Part shown: piece by piece, positions 12,443-27,767 of the stretch
How the letters are laid out: every line of letters starts with the position of its first letter
Position numbering within the stretch: the first letter of the stretch is position 1
NCBI RefSeq assembly: GCF_964355755.1
Contig: NC_092670.1
Coordinates: 2,098,201 to 2,162,200, forward strand
DNA from: Antedon mediterranea
Taxonomy: Eukaryota; Animalia; Echinodermata
Length of the DNA: 64,000 bases
Direction: 5' to 3'
Position numbers and translations under genes: made by a program
Notes under the pieces: model-generated
Databases searched by the model: none
Seen by the model: only the letters and a program-made list of their open reading frames with translations
What the model was told of the DNA's origin: nothing

Positions 12443-13664
12443 GATACAGAATATTTTAGCTTAGTTAAAATTTTCAGTACCCCGTGACAAATTGCACCCC
12501 CTACTTGATGAAGGCGTAGTGTTTTCCAAAAGCTCTGCTAAATGTTCTGGCTGTTACTTTATCGTTTTGATTTACCTTTTTCTTTATTTTATTTTGTATC
12601 CATTGAGATCATGTCACTGAAACCCACAACAGTTCAGTAATTGTCTTTTTTTTGTCTTGTGTGGGTTCGTCCCACTTTTATTATAGTTCTCTGTTATAAA
12701 TATAATAATAATATATATATGCACATTTATATCTCTTATTCAGTTCAGTAATTGTCTTTGTATTGTACTCGATCCTTGGACTATATAGCCTATACATTTA
12801 TGATACAATGATTATTCACTATTATTTATTTATTAATAATTAATGAAGTCATGCCCTATACTACGGTTATACAGTATATGCCTACTGTTTATTTTTTATA
12901 TAAATCAATGACTTTGATTTGAATGTTAGTAGCACTGTTCTAAGCACCCTAGCGCTCTCCTAATTTTATCTATAATATATTATATGATTTGTGATGATAT
13001 GTTTAATCTGAAGTTGTTTTAGGCCCATATAACATTATTGTTTTTTTTTTTGTTTTTTTTATTTTACGAAGGAAATCGGACACACGCCAATTGAACAGGA
13101 ACCAGGCCCAAAACATTAAAGGCATCACACACGTTTAGAGAAATATAATAATATGGGGATACACAGCTATTTGGAGGCCCACCCGTGACACCATACACCT
13201 TGGAATAACTGTTAGTAGGCCTATTTAGGAGGATACGATAATAATTTTTCGGGCTAGATAGGTAGTCTACGTACCCAATGAAATCAACGGGTATTTTACT
13301 ATACAGAATATTCAAATTTACTATAATAAACCTACTATATTGTAGTTCTTGTATTAAAAGGTTAGGCCTATATCTTTACTTGTTTATTATAATGATAATA
13401 TTAATAATATTCCTAATTCGTCAGATAACAGACGGTGTAACTGATGGACCACAGAAAACTTCACACTTCACTTCAATGAATAATTTATTATAATTTTGTT
13501 GTTATGGATACAGAATCAAATGTACTGTCATTTCATTTGTTGCTATGGAAAGTTTGTCTAAAATAAAAGTTGAATTGAATTATTATTGTATATTTATTTA
13601 TTTTTTTTCGAACGTCTGATTCACTCCTAGTTAATAATACAATAAAAGAATAAATATATTTCGG

Positions 13665-16600
13665 ACTGTCAGAGGTACCCCGTGACAGATTGTACCCCCT
13701 ACAATATAACAGTTAATAACTATCTATTATAGGGGTGAAATATATTTCGGACTGCCTAGAATATGCACCCCCGTGAGAGATTGGACCCGCTATACTAACA
13801 GTTAATTACTATAGGGGTGCAATATATTACGTACTGTCTAGAATATTAGGTACCCCCGTGACAGATTGCACCCCCTATAATAACAGTTAATTTACTATCT
13901 ATTTTAGGGGATACAATATATTACGGACTGTCTAGATTATTAGGTACCCTCGTGACAGATTGCACCCCCTATAATATAACAGTTAATAACTACATATTAC
14001 AGGGGGTGCAATATATTACGGACTGTCTAGAATATTAGGTACCCCCATAACAGATTGCACCCCTATAATATAACAGGATAATAACTTTATTATAAGGGGT
14101 GCAATATATTACGGACTATCTAGAATATTAGGTACCCTCGTGACAGATTGCACCCCCTATAATATAACAGTTAATAACTATATTATAGGGGGTGCAATAT
14201 ATTACGGACTGTCTAAAATATTAGGTACCCCCGTAACAGATTGCACCCCCTATAAAAACAGTTAATTTACTATGTATTATAGAGGGTGCAATATATTACG
14301 GGCTGTCTAAAATATTAGGTACCCCCGTGTCGTGACAGATTGCACCCCCTATAATAACAGTTACCATCTATATTATGGGATACAATATATTATGGACTGT
14401 CTAGAATATTAGGTACCCCCGTGACAGATTGCACCCCTATAATATAACAGTTAATAACTATATTATAGGGGTGCAATATATTACGGACTGTCTAGAATAT
14501 TAGGTACCCCCGTAACAGATTGCACCCCTATAATATAACAGTTAATAACTATATTATAGGGGTGCAATATATTACGGACTGTCTAAAATATTAGGTACCC
14601 CCGTAACAGATTGCACCCCCTATAATATAACAGGATAATAACTATATTATAGGGGGTGCAATAATTATATTACGGACTGTCTAGAATATTAGGTACCCCC
14701 GTAACAGATTGCACCCCCTATAATAACAGTTAATTTACTATGTATTATAGAGGGTGCAATATATTACGGGCTGTCTAAAATATTAGGTACCCCCGTAACA
14801 GATTGCACCCCCTATAATATAACAGGATAATAACTATATTATAGGGGGTGCAATAATTATATTACGGACTGTCTAGAATATTAGGTACCCCCGTAACAGA
14901 TTGCACCCCCTATAATAACAGTTAATTTACTATGTATTATAGAGGGTGCAATATATTACGGGCTGTCTAAAATATTAGGTACCCCCGTGACAGATTGCAC
15001 CCCCTATAATAACAGTTAATTACCATCTATATTATGGGATACAATATATTATGGACTGTCTAGAATATTAGGTACCCCCGTGACAGATTGCACCCCTATA
15101 ATATAACAGTTAATAACTATATTCTAGGGGTGCAATATATTACGGACTGTCTAGAATATTAGGTACCCTCGTGACAGATTGCACCCCCTATAATAACAGT
15201 TAATTTACTATTTATTATAGAGGGTGCATATTACGGACTATCTAGAATATTAGGTACCCTCGTGACAGATTGCATCCCCTATAATATAACAGTTAATAAC
15301 TACATTATAGGGGGTGCAATATATTACGGACTGTCTAAAATATTAGGTACCCCCGTAACAGATTGCACCCCCTATAATATAACAGGATAATAACTTTATT
15401 ATAGGGGGTGCAATACGGACTATCTAGAATATTAGGTACCCCCGTGACAGATTGCACCCCCTATAATATAACAGGATAATAACTATATTATAGGGGGTGC
15501 AATATATTACGTACTTTCTAAAATATTAGGTACCCCCGTAACAGATTGCACCCCCTATAATATAACAGGATAATAACTTTATTATAGGGGGTGCAATATA
15601 TTACGGACTATCTAAAATATTAGGTACCCCCGTAACAGATTGCACCCCTATAATATAACAGGATAATAACTATATTATAAGGGGTGCAATATATTACGGA
15701 CTGTCTAAAATATTAGGTACCCCCGTAACAGATTGCACCCCCTATAATATAACAGTTAATAACTATATATTATAGGGAATACAATATATTATGGACTGTC
15801 TAGAATATTAGGTACCCCCGTAACAGATTGCACCCCCTATAATATAACAGTTAATAACTATATATTATAGGGGGTGCAATATATTACGGACTGTCTAGAA
15901 TATTAGGTACCCCGTGACAGATTGCACCCCCTATATTATAACAGTTAATAACTATATATTATAGGGGGTGCAATATATTATGGACTGTCTAGAATATTAG
16001 GTACCCCCGTAACAGATTGCACCCCCTATAATAACAGTTACTTCCTAACTATTATAGGGGGTGCAATATATTATGGACTGTCTAGAATATTAGGTACCCC
16101 CGTAACAGATTGCACCCCCTATAATATAACAGTTAATAACTATATATTATAGGGAATACAATATATTATGGACTGTCTAGAATATTAGGAACCCTCGTGA
16201 CAGATTGCACCCCCTATAATATAGCAGTTAATAACTATATTTATAGGGGGTGCAATATATTACGGACTGTCTAAAATATTAGGTACCCCCGTAACAGATT
16301 GCACCCCCTATAATATAACAGTTAATAACTATATTATAGGGGGTGCAATATATTACGGACTGTCTAGAATATTAGGAACCCCCGTAACAGATTGCACCCC
16401 CTATAATATAACAGTTAATAACTATATTATAGGGGGTGCAATATATTACGGACTGTCTAAAATATTAGGTACCCTCGTGACAGATTGCACCCCCTATAAT
16501 AACAGTTAATTTACTATCTATTTTAGGGGATACAATATATTACGGACTGTCTAGATTATTAGGTACCCTCTTGACAGATTGCACCCCCTATAATATAACA

Positions 16601-19600
16601 GTTAATAACTACATATTATAGGGGGTGCAATATATTATGGACTGTCTAGAATATTAGGAACCCTCGTGACAGATTGCACCCCCTATAATATAGCAGTTAA
16701 TAACTATATTTATAGGGGGTGCAATATATTACGGACTGTCTAAAATATTAGGTACCCCCGTAACAGATTGCACCCCCTATAATATAACAGTTAATAACTA
16801 TATTATAGGGGGTGCAATATATTACGGACTGTCTAGAATATTAGGAACCCCCGTAACAGATTGCACCCCCTATAATATAACAGTTAATAACTATATTATA
16901 GGGGGTGCAATATATTACGGACTGTCTAAAATATTAGGTACCCTCGTGACAGATTGCACCCCCTATAATAACAGTTAATTTACTATCTATTTTAGGGGAT
17001 ACAATATATTACGGACTGTCTAGATTATTAGGTACCCTCGTGACAGATTGCACCCCCTATAATATAACAGTTAATAACTACATATTATAGGGGGTGCAAT
17101 ATATTACGGACTGTCTAAAATATTAGGTACCCCCGTAACAGATTGCACCCCCTATAATATAACAGTTAATAACTATATATAGGGGGTGCAATATATTATG
17201 GACTGTCTAGAATATTAGGTACCCCCGTAACAGATTGCACCCCCTATAATAACAGTTACTTCCTAACTATTATAGGGGGTGCAATATATTATGGACTGTC
17301 TGAGAATATTAGGTACCCCCGTAACAGATTGCACCCCCTATAATATAACAGTTAATAACTATATATTATAGGGGGTGCAATATATTACGGACTATCTAGA
17401 ATATTAGGAACCCTCGTAACAGATTGCACCCCCTATAATATAACAGTTAATAACTATATTATAGGGGGTGCAATATATTATGGACTGTCTAAAATATTAG
17501 GTACCCCCGTGACAGATTGCACCCCTATAATAACAGTTAATTACCATCTATATTATGGGATACAATATATTATGGACTGTCTAGAATATTAGGTACCCCC
17601 GTGACAGATTGCACCCCTATAATATAACAGTTAATAACTATATTATAGGGGTGCAATATATTACGGACTGTCTAAAATATTAGGTACCCCCGTGACAGAT
17701 TGCACCCCCTATAATATAACAGGATAATAACTATATTATAGGGGGTGCAATATATTACGGACTGTCTAAAATATTAGGTACCCCCGTAACAGATTGCACC
17801 CCCTATAATAACAGTTAATTTACTATTTATTATAGAGGGTGCAATATATTACGGACTGTCTAAAATATTAGGTACCCCCGTGACAGATTGCACCCCCTAT
17901 AATATAACAGGATAATAACTATATTATAGGGGGTGCAATATATTACGGACTGTCTAAAATATTAGGTACCCCCGTAACAGATTGCACCCCCTATAATAAC
18001 AGTTAATTTACTATTTATTATAGAGGGTGCAATATATTACGGACTATCTAGAATATTAGGTACCCTCGTGACAGATTGCATCCCCTATAATATAACAGTT
18101 AATAACTACATTATAGGGGGTGCAATATATTACGGACTGTCTAGAATATTAGGTACCCCCGTGACAGATTGCACCCCCTATAATATAACAGGATAATAAC
18201 TATATTATAGGGGGTGCAATATATTACGGACTGTCTAGAATATTAGGTACCCCCGTAACAGATTGCACCCCCTATAATAACAGTTAATTTACTATTTATT
18301 ATAGAGGGTGCAATATATTACGGACTGTCTAGAATATTAGGTACCCCCGTAACAGATTGCACCCCCTATAATAACAGTTAATTTACTATTTATTATAGAG
18401 GGTGCAATATATTACGGACTGTCTAGAATATTAGGTACCCCCGTGACAGATTGCACCCCCTATAATATAACAGGATAATAACTATATTATAGGGGGTGCA
18501 ATATATTACGGACTGTCTAGAATATTAGGTACCCTCGTGACAGATTGCACCCTTATAATAACAGTTAATTTACTATGTATTATAGAGGGTGCAATATATT
18601 ACGGGCTGTCTAAAATATTAGGTACCCCCGTGACAGATTGCACCCCCTATAATAACTGTTAATTACCATCTATTATAGGGGGTGCAATATATTATGGACT
18701 GTCTAAAATATTAGGTACCCCCGTAACAGATTGCACCCCCTATAATAACAGTTAATTACTAACTATTATAGGAGGTGCAGCAATATTGTAATGTACCGGT
18801 TTTTAATACAAATAAGTGAGAGAGAGAAAGAGAAGTTGAAAGCTGAATGTTTATTCTTTATTCTACATCTACTATATAATAACAATATCCGTAATGGGTA
18901 ACTTATCTGTCAAGGTGGAATGTTTAGTGGTCTCAGCAGAGGGTCTACTTTAGCCATTAGTGACCATAAGTAGCCAAGGGTTAACATAATATATATGGTA
19001 ACAGGTGAAGGAAGTATAAATAATTGGTAATATTAATCAAGTTCAATACATTACAAATATATTACGGACTGTCTAGAATATTAGGTACCCCCGTAACAGA
19101 TTGCACCCCCTATAATAACAGTTAATTACTATCTATTGTAGGGAGTGCAATATATTACGGGCTGTCTAAAATATTAGGTACCCCCTTGAAGGATTGCACC
19201 CTCTATAAAATCAGTTTATTTACTATCTATTATATTTATTTATTTATTTTATTAACAAAAACAGAAAAGTAAAATTAATTATATAAGACTAAAAATCTGA
19301 ATAAGAAAAATTTGAAATATAGAAAATAACTGATATGATAATGGGTGCAATATTACGGACTGCCTAGAATATTATGCACCTCCGTGACAGATTTGAACCC
19401 CTATAATATAACAGCTAATACCTATTTATTTTAGGGGATAGAATATATCATGGACTGTCTAGAATATTAGGTACCCCCGTGACAGATTGCACCCCTATAA
19501 TATAACAGTTAATTTACTATCTATTTTAGGGGATACAATACATTATGAACTGTCTATCTAGAATATTAGGTACCCCCGTGACAGATTGCACCCTTATAAT

Positions 19601-20160
19601 ATAACAGTTAATAACTATACATTATAGGGGGTGCAATATATTATGGACTGTCTAGAATAATAGGTACCCCGTGACAGATTGCACCCTTATAATATAACAG
19701 TTAATAACTATATATTATAGGGGGTGCAATATATTATGGACTGTCTAGAATAATAGGTACCCCGTGACAGATTGCACCATTATAATAAAACAGTTAATAA
19801 CTATATATTATAAGGGGTGCAATATATTACGGCCTGTCTAGAATATTAGGTACCCCCGTGACAGATTGCACCCCCTATAATATAACAGTTAATAACTATA
19901 TATTATAGGGGGTGCAATATATTATGGACTGTCTAGAATATTAGGTAACCCCGTGACAGATTGCACCCCCTATAATAACAGTTAATTTACTATCTATTTT
20001 AGGGGATACAATATATTACGGACTGTCTAGAATATTAGGTACCCCCGTGACAGATTGCACCCCCTATAATAACAGTTAATTTACTATCTATTTTAGGGGA
20101 TACAATATATTACGGACTGCCTAGAATGTTATGCACCCCTGTGACAGATTGCACTCTGTA
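13665..20160 (+). repeat. TIR-derived ~93-bp tandem satellite, roughly 65 units, each with a 20-bp-stem hairpin
   Basis: Unit GACTGTCTARAATATTAGGTACCCCCGTRACAGATTGCACCCCCTATAATATA-ACAGTTAATAAC-TATATTATAGGGGGTGCAATATATTACG (period 93 between 16261 and 16354). Interrupted at 18787-19055 and ~19210-19340. Confidence 0.95.
18787..19055 (-). mobile_element. Solo LTR (269 bp) inserted into the satellite
   Basis: TGTAATGTA...TACATTACA inverted termini; AATAT 5-bp TSD (18782-18786, 19056-19060); TATA-like run followed by AATAAA on the minus strand; the satellite unit resumes in register. Confidence 0.75.
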
Positions 20161-20173
20161 TAATTTATCATTA

Positions 20174-20275
20174 ACAAGGCCAACAGCCATAAGTCGCGTG
20201 CTAAAACGCATAGTGATACCAGACCGACCGACCGACCGACATAGTGAACTATAGAGTCGTCCACGCGACTAAAAA
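20174..20275 (-). mobile_element. ~100-bp internally deleted copy of the HINE family seen at 1-2095
   Basis: AACAAGGCCAACAGCCAT..AGTCGCGTGCTA..(GACC)n..CATAGTGAACTATAG..CACGCGACTAAAAA, the reverse complement of both HINE ends. Confidence 0.8.
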
Positions 20276-20567
20276 CTCATATTTGATGGTGTGTCTTGAA
20301 AATGAGGAAGCTAGTGACCACCCTAAAACATTACCACTTTCTATTTTATTTTGAAAGGCAGCAGCTCTAAAAAAAATGTAACTGTAAACCAAATTCACTG
20401 TGGTCCCTCCTGTCCAACAATGTTACTCAGGTAATTTATCATACAGACAAGAAATTACGTTTATCAAGTTTAACCGCCAAATCCCTTGATGGTCGATGAA
20501 TCATTTAGATAACTGGTATATAACGGATTAAAAGTCGGACGATTGTCACATTTTCCGACAATTCGAG

Positions 20568-23500
20568 ATGGAAGACTACGAACCTATTTTCAAGTATATC
20601 TTTAGTGGTGAGTATCCACCAGAATACACAAAAACGGCAAAAAACCTCTTGAGGAGAAAGGCCAAGCTTTTTGAAATAAAAGGTAACTTTTTTTTCTTAC
20701 GCTGTGATTAGCAAGGCGAACCAAATTGACAATAGACGTTATAAAACTTTAATTAATATCCAAAATAACAATTTGAATTTATATCACCCCCACCCCACCC
20801 CCTCTCTCTGTCGGGAATTGTATTCCAGGCTGTTATAATAGCATGGATCTATAAATGTTTTGTTTTGTTTTAATTTTCCACTAACGTATATTTAAAAAGT
20901 GTATATCCATGTAAAATACAAAAACTTTTTGTTGTTGGTACGTTGGCAGGTGACTACCTCTATCACAAAACCAAAGATGGTGGAACATCACGCTGCATTA
21001 AAGATCGTTCAGAAATCAAAGAAATCTTAAGGGAAGCTCATGATCTGCCGTCTGGTGGCCATCAGGGCCAAAACAAAACAGTTGCATTTGTTTGTAAACG
21101 ATTTTATTGGCCAGGGCAAACCATTGACATAAAAAATTGGGTAGGTATTTTAAAGTAAGGAAATATATAATATTATAAAATTATTACTATAGCTCTATCT
21201 AAAGATGTTTTTCTTTTTTTATGTATTGCCACTGTCCACAACTTTTTATAAATCAGATAAAGAAATGTGAGAAATGCCAGAAAAGTGAAAAAATTAAATC
21301 TGTGGCAAAACAAGTTCAACCTATTGAGGTACGTATAAATCTAAAGTATGATTTTTTTTAGAAACAGACCTACATTTGCATTTTGTAAGCCTACTAAAGT
21401 TGAACTTATGATTACATGACATTATTATTATAGGTTGTTTTGAAACTTTTGTAATATATTAATTTTCTTTAAGGTTACGGGTCCTTTTGAAATGATGGGT
21501 ATCGACTTGATGGGCCCATACAAAGTAGCAGGTGGTGGAAAAAAATACATCTTTACTGCCACTGATTATTTCACAAAATGGTGTGAAGCCATGATCATCC
21601 CAAACAAAACAAGCGAGCACGTTGCCAGATGTCTTGTAAAGGTGTATTACAGGCATGGTGCTGTTCAGACTGTTATTAGTGACAACGGTAGAGAATTTGT
21701 TAACGAGGTAATGCTTTTATCAGTTTATTAATTAACACCGATTTATATCCATAACGTTTTGTATTAAGAAATAAGATACGTCGTGATAAGATATATACAG
21801 TATTTCCAATTTTTTTCGTTAAAGTAAATTGATTTCTTTTAATTCGATACATTAAAAACAATTGTGAGTATTTCATTAAGTTTTATTTAAAATATATAAT
21901 TTTTAAATATTAATTTTGTTGTGTAAGGTAAACAAACGGTTGTATGGTATCCTGGGTATCGAACACAGGAAGACAACAGCCTATCACCCGCAGACAAACG
22001 GACTTGACGAGAGCACAAACAAAAAAATAAAACAGTAAGTAACAAAAAAAAACACACTTTAAACCAAAGAATTGTAATGCATAACTTAAAACTAAGATCT
22101 AGAAAACTAACACCTAACATATCGTAGTTTTCTAGAAAACTAAGATATGTTAGGTGTTAGTTTTCTAGATCCAATGATGGGTATCTAGAAAACTAAGAAC
22201 CAAGATATCTTAGTTTTCTAGATCTAGAAAACTACGATTTTTTAATGGGCGATTGTACCATTTTTAGTGAATTTATACAATACAATATTATGAAAAAATG
22301 GGTATTACTATCCTCCATTTATTTTCTTACAAATCAAGTTAAAATACAGTACTATTACTTTCTTATTTATTTATTCTTTTTGTTTTAGTAATTGGGCAGA
22401 TTAATTTCAAATTATTTAATATTAATTTATTTGTGATAGCGGTAATAAGTACATGTGCAAAATTGTACTGACTAAATCAGGTACCAAATAATAATTATAT
22501 GAGTGTGTGTGTTGTGAATGTAGACAGGACAGGAGTAAACTCAAACAAAAAGTAACAATTTTTCACATATTTCATCACCCTGTTTGTATAAATATAGATA
22601 AGTACAAGAAGCAAGCAAATTATTAAATGAATCACTGAATATTTATTACTAAGTAGTACTTTTAGCACTATTAGTAAAACCACTGGATAAAATAGTTATA
22701 ATTTATAATGTATACTATTTGTCTATCCAAACAGAAAATCTAAATTGTTGTTGTCTAATTAAAACAATTAAAAAGTCACTAAAAATACATTACCCTTGAC
22801 AAAAAAATCTTTTTTGTGAATTCTTTTCTGGATCTAAAAAACTAAGATATCTTTATTCTTAGTTTTCTTGATCTTAGTTTTCCAGACACCCATCATCGGA
22901 TCTAGAAAACTAAGACCTACGATATCTTAATTTTCTAGATCTAGCAAACTCAGATATCTTAGGTCTTAGTTTATAGATCTTAGTTTTCTAGACACCATTA
23001 AGATGTTTTCTACTCCAAGCCACAATGTTTTTTTTTTCTTTATTTTGTCTATTTCAGATGTTTGAGCAAATTAGTTAATGACAATCAAGACGATTGGGAG
23101 TCGTATCTAGATGCGGCCGTATTTGCGTTAAATACGAAAATCCAAACAACTACAAAGTATTCTCCATTTTTTTTACTGTATAACCGCGAACCAAAAATAC
23201 CTGCGGAATATACTGATGAGGACCTGGTTTGGGTAAGAAGGTCCTATTTTGATTTTAACACCAAACTTTTGCATTAGGCCTATTTACACATTTTTTTGAT
23301 TAGTGAATGTCATCTTTTTCCATTATGATAGCTATCAGACATACCAAAAACGTCAATGCCGACGGAACAAAACCAGGCAGCAATAAAAACGAAGGTAAAA
23401 ACTACAAAGGAGCAGGTTTTAAGGAACATTAAAAAAAAACAATCGGCACAAGTCAGGAAGAGTGTGAAGAAAACTGTTGGTACGCCGATAACAGCCGGCA

Positions 23501-26500
23501 TGAAAGTGCTCGTCCGCAATCAGAGAAAGCGGAACATAAAGGGCGAAAAACTTGGTCCTAATTTTACAGGACCCTTTAAAGTTTTAGATGTTAATGGCAA
23601 AGTCTTGACCGTTACAGATGAAAAGAGGGTTAGAGTCGTAAATGTCGACTATGCCAAAATTTTCACCGAAAGTAAGTTCACCAAAGCGATACGATTACCT
23701 TACCGTAGTTGGATAATTTCCAAAGCGAAATTTCGCATTACAAAGTGTTAATGATATTTTCCTAATTATTAATTTAAATTATTTTTATAATATCTCTCTG
23801 TGTTTTTATTGGAAAATATCACAGAGTTTGGAGAGAGCCATGTAAGTTGTGATTATTTTAAAATTACAACTAACTGTCAAGGTTGTTCATGTTAATTATA
23901 TAAATTTAGTTATTTTTTCAAATTAAAATTTTTTTTTTTATAAACTAGGTAACACAGAATCTCAAGAGCCAGGTAAGTTGTTAAATTTTAAATACAATAC
24001 AAAAGTCTTCATGTAATTATCTAGATTGAATTATATTATCGACAAATTATGTTTATAATATTTGCTTTAAAAAAAGTGGAACATCACAGAGTCTCAAAAG
24101 CCTGGTAAGTTGTTATTTAGAAAAAAAACCAATTCAAAACATTGTTCATGGTAATTATATAAATGTAATTATGTTTGTAATATTTTTTTTTTTTTATTAG
24201 ATAACACCACAGAGCCTCAAGAGCCAGGTAAGTTGTAATATTTTATAAATATAATTGTCGATATTGTTCATGTTAATTATATAGATTTAATTATGTTATA
24301 AAATTGTGTTTATAATTTTTTTTTTATTAGATAACATCACAGAGCCTCAAGAGCCAGGTAAGTTGCAATATTTTATAAATATAATTGTCGATATTGTTTA
24401 TGTTAATTATATAGATTTAATTATGTTATTGAATTATACTTATAATATTTGCTTTTTTAAAATTAGATAACATCACAGAGTCTCAAGATACAGGTAAGTT
24501 GTAATATTTTATAAATATAATTGTCGATGTTGTTCGTGTTAATTACATAGATTTAATTATGTTATTAAATTATGCTAATATTTGCTTTTTTAAATTAGAT
24601 AACATCACAGAGCCTCAAGAGCCTGGTAAGTTGTAATATTTTATAAATATAATTGACGATATTGTTCATGTTAATTATATAGATTTAATTATGTTATAAA
24701 ATTGTGTTTATAATTTTTTTTTAATTAGATAACATCACAGAGCCTCAAGAGCCAGGTAAGTTGCAATATTTTATAAATATAATTGTCGATATTGTTCATG
24801 TTAATTATATAGATTTAATTATGTTATTGAATTATGCTTATAATATTTGCTTTTTTAAAAATTAGATAACATCACAGAGTCTCAAGATACAGGTAAGTTG
24901 TAATATTTTATAAATATAATTGTCGATGTTGTTTGTGTTAATTACATAGATTTAATTATGTTATTGAATTATGCTAATATTTGCTTTTTTAAATTAGATA
25001 ACATCACAGAGTCTCAAGAGCCTGGTAAGTTGTAATATTTATAAATATAATTGACGATATTGTTCATGTTAATTATATAGATTTAATTATGTTATAAAAT
25101 TGTGTTTATAATTTTTTTTTTTATTAGATAACATCACAGAGCCTCAAGAGCCAGGTAAGTTGCAATATTTTATAAATATAATTGTCGATATTGTTCATGT
25201 TAATTACATAGATTTAATTATGTTATTGAATTATGCTAATATTTGCTTTTTTAAACTAGATAACATCACAGAGCCTCAAGAGCCAGGTAAGTTGGAATAT
25301 ATTATAAATATAATTGTCGATATTGTTCATGTTAATTACAGTACATAGATTTAATTATGTTATTGAATTATGCTAATATTTGTTTTTTTTATTAGATAAC
25401 ATCACAGAGCCTCAAGAGCCAGGTAAGTTGTAATATTTTATAAATATAATTGTTGATATTGTTCATGTTAATTATATAGATTTAATTATGTTATTGAATT
25501 ATGCTAATATTTGCTTTTTTAAATTAGATAACATCACAGAGTCTCAAGAGCCTGGTAAGTTGTAATATTTTATAAATATAATTGTCGATATTGTTCATGT
25601 TAATTACATAGATTTAATCATGTTATTAAATTATGCTAATATTTGCTTTTTTAAATTAGATAACATCACAGAGCCTCAAGAGCCTGGTAAGTTGTAATAT
25701 TTATAAATATAATTGACGATATTGTTCATGTTAATTATATAGATTTAATTACGTTATAAAATTGTGTTTATAATTTTTTTTTTATTAGATAACATCACAG
25801 AGCCTCAAGAGCCAGGTAAGTTGCAATATTTTATAAATATAATTGTCGATATTGTTCATGTTAATTACATAGATTTAATTATGTTATTGAATTATGCTAA
25901 TATTTGCTTTTTTAAATTAGATAACATCACAGAGCCTCAAGAGCCAGGTAAGTTGTAATATTTTATAAATATAATTGTCGATATTGTTCATGTTAATTAT
26001 ATAGATTTAATTATGTTATTGAATTATGCTAATATTTGCTTTTTTAAATTAGATAACATCACAGAGTCTCAAGAGCCTGGTAAGTTGTAATATTTATAAA
26101 TATAATTGACGATATTGTTCATGTTAATTATATAGATTTAATTATGTTATAAAATTGTGTTTATAATTTTTTTTTTTATTAGATAACATCACAGAGCCTC
26201 AAGAGCCAGGTAAGTTGCAATATTTTATAAATATAATTTTCGATATTGTTCATGTTAATTACATAGATTTAATTATGTTATTGAATTATGCTAATATTTG
26301 CTTTTTTAAATTAGATAACATCACAGAGCCTCAAGAGCCAGGTAAGTTGTAATATTTTATAAATATAATTGTCGATATTGTTCATGTTAATTATATAGAT
26401 TTAATTATGTTATTGAATTATGCTAATATTTGCTTTTTTAAATTAGATAACATCACAGAGTCTCAAGAGCCTGGTAAGTTGTAATATTTTATAAATATAA

Positions 26501-27718
26501 TTGTCGATATTGTTCATGTTAATTACATAGATTTAATTATGTTATTAAATTATGCTAATATTTGCTTTTTTAAATTAGATAACATCACAGAGCCTCAAGA
26601 GCCTGGTAAGTTGTAATATTTTATAAATATAATTGACGATATTGTTCATGTTAATTATATAGATTTAATTATGTTATAAGATTGTGTTTATAATTTTTTT
26701 TTTTATTAGATAACATCACAGAGCCTCAAGAGCCAGGTAAGTTGTAATATTTATAAATATAATTGTCGATATTGTTCATGTTAATTACATAGATTTAATT
26801 ATGTTATTGAATTATGCTAATATTTGCTTTTTTAAATTAGATAACATCACAGAGTCTCAAGATCCAGGTAAGTTGTAATATTTTATAAATATAATTGTCG
26901 ATATTGTTCATGTTAATTATATAGGCCTATAGATTTAATTATGTTATTAAATTGTTTTTATAAAATTTTGTTTTTATTTTTTTTATTAGATAACATCACA
27001 GAGTCTCAAGAGCCAGGTAAGTTGGAATATTTTATAAATATAATTTTCGATATTGATCATGTTAATTATATAGATTTAATTATGTTATTGAATTATGCTA
27101 ATATTTGCTTTTTTAAATTAGATAACATCACAGAGTCTCAAGATCCAGGTAAGTTGTAATATTTTATAAATATAATTGTCGATATTGTTCATGTTAATTA
27201 CATAGATTTAATTATGTTATTGAATTATGCTAATATTTGCTTTTTCAAATTAGATAACATCACGGACTCTCAAGAGCCTGGTAAGTTGTAATATTTTATA
27301 AATATAATTGTCGATATTGTTCATGTTAATTACATAGATTTAATTATGTTATTGAATTATGCTAATATTTGCTTTTTTTTTAATTAGATAACATCACAGA
27401 GCCTCAAGAGCCAGGTAAGTTGTTAAATAGAAACAAATACGATTCAACACATTCTTTATGTTAATTATATAAATTTTAATTTATCAAATTATGTTTATAT
27501 TATTTTATAAGTATGTAATATTTTTTTTTAATTAGATAACATCACAGAGTCCCAAGAGACAGGTAGGTTGTCAAAGTTTATAAAGCAATGTTCATGTTAT
27601 ATTAATTTTGATTAATTTATCACATTCTTTTTATATATTTGGTGATTTCATCAATTCTCAAGAACCAGGAAAATTGTAATATTTTAACAACATTGTTCAT
27701 AATATTTTATCTATTTAT

Positions 27719-27767
<49 letters not shown>

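Noticed and set aside
13665-20160. CRISPR-like array (palindromic repeats with variable segments)
   Set aside because: The variable parts are a few recurring loop variants, not unique spacers; eukaryotic context with no cas genes; the unit derives from the TIR.
20568-23751. Gypsy LTR retrotransposon or Maverick/Polinton
   Set aside because: The integrase is split by spliceosomal introns; no gag, RT, RNase H, polB, ATPase or capsid seen; TIRs with a 4-bp TSD fit Ginger.
25160-27159. ORF-track peptides reading through the repeat (…DNITEPQEPGKL…)
   Set aside because: They run through GT-AG introns; only the 27-nt cores are plausible coding sequence.
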